DNA of 64,000 nt from Oculina patagonica (Eukaryota), in assembly GCF_052425735.1 (NCBI RefSeq), contig NC_135759.1:24428001-24492000 (forward strand), written 5' to 3'. A program made the position numbers and the translations under genes. The notes below the pieces were generated by a model that saw only the letters and a list, made by a program, of their open reading frames with translations, did not search any database and was not told the origin of the DNA. Every line of letters begins with the position of its first letter. The first letter of the stretch is position 1. This document shows positions 63,805 to 64,000 of this stretch, one piece after another.

Positions 63805-64000
63805 TAAGCCGGAAAAATCAAGTCCTCAGGTGGTTATTTTTCGGTCTTCCACCTATTATTTACATCCCTGCTCCAACGTGGTTTAAGTGTATAATACACT
63901 GTGTATGCAGCAACTAATATTCCTGAGGCACACTTCACTTGAAGCATACATATTTATTTTTATTTATTTTATACTGTCCATCAATAAAAAACGTCTTTTG

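Overview
AT-rich eukaryotic genomic DNA with GT-AG introns. The SINE/MITE repertoire suggests a marine invertebrate, most likely a cnidarian or stony coral; this is an inference. The window is dominated by a head-to-tail array of ten two-pore-domain potassium channel (K2P/KCNK, TASK-like) paralogues on the + strand (1925-57743), plus an orphan exon-2 fragment (~30845-31141). Each gene has two coding exons split by a phase-1 intron inside the first selectivity filter ([T/S]T[I/V]G|YG). Coding exon 1 is exactly 289 nt in the nine copies with open frames, and copy 4 is disrupted. The paralogues keep canonical K+ filters but differ strongly in an unusually long P2-M4 extracellular loop, at the post-GYG (TASK pH-sensor) position, at the M4 hinge residue and in their C-termini. 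Three C-termini are remodelled: copy 1 by a Harbinger-type insertion, copy 10 by a Penelope-like remnant, and copy 9 by a probable frameshift. Intergenic and intronic DNA is packed with mobile elements, including a 5'-truncated Tx1/L1 LINE with a 15-bp TSD, tRNA-derived SINEs, many MITEs and a ~3.8-kb Helitron-like element with inverted 158-bp repeat arrays. Three sequence-unrelated hairpin elements share a strand-specific tandem GA/GA mismatch design.
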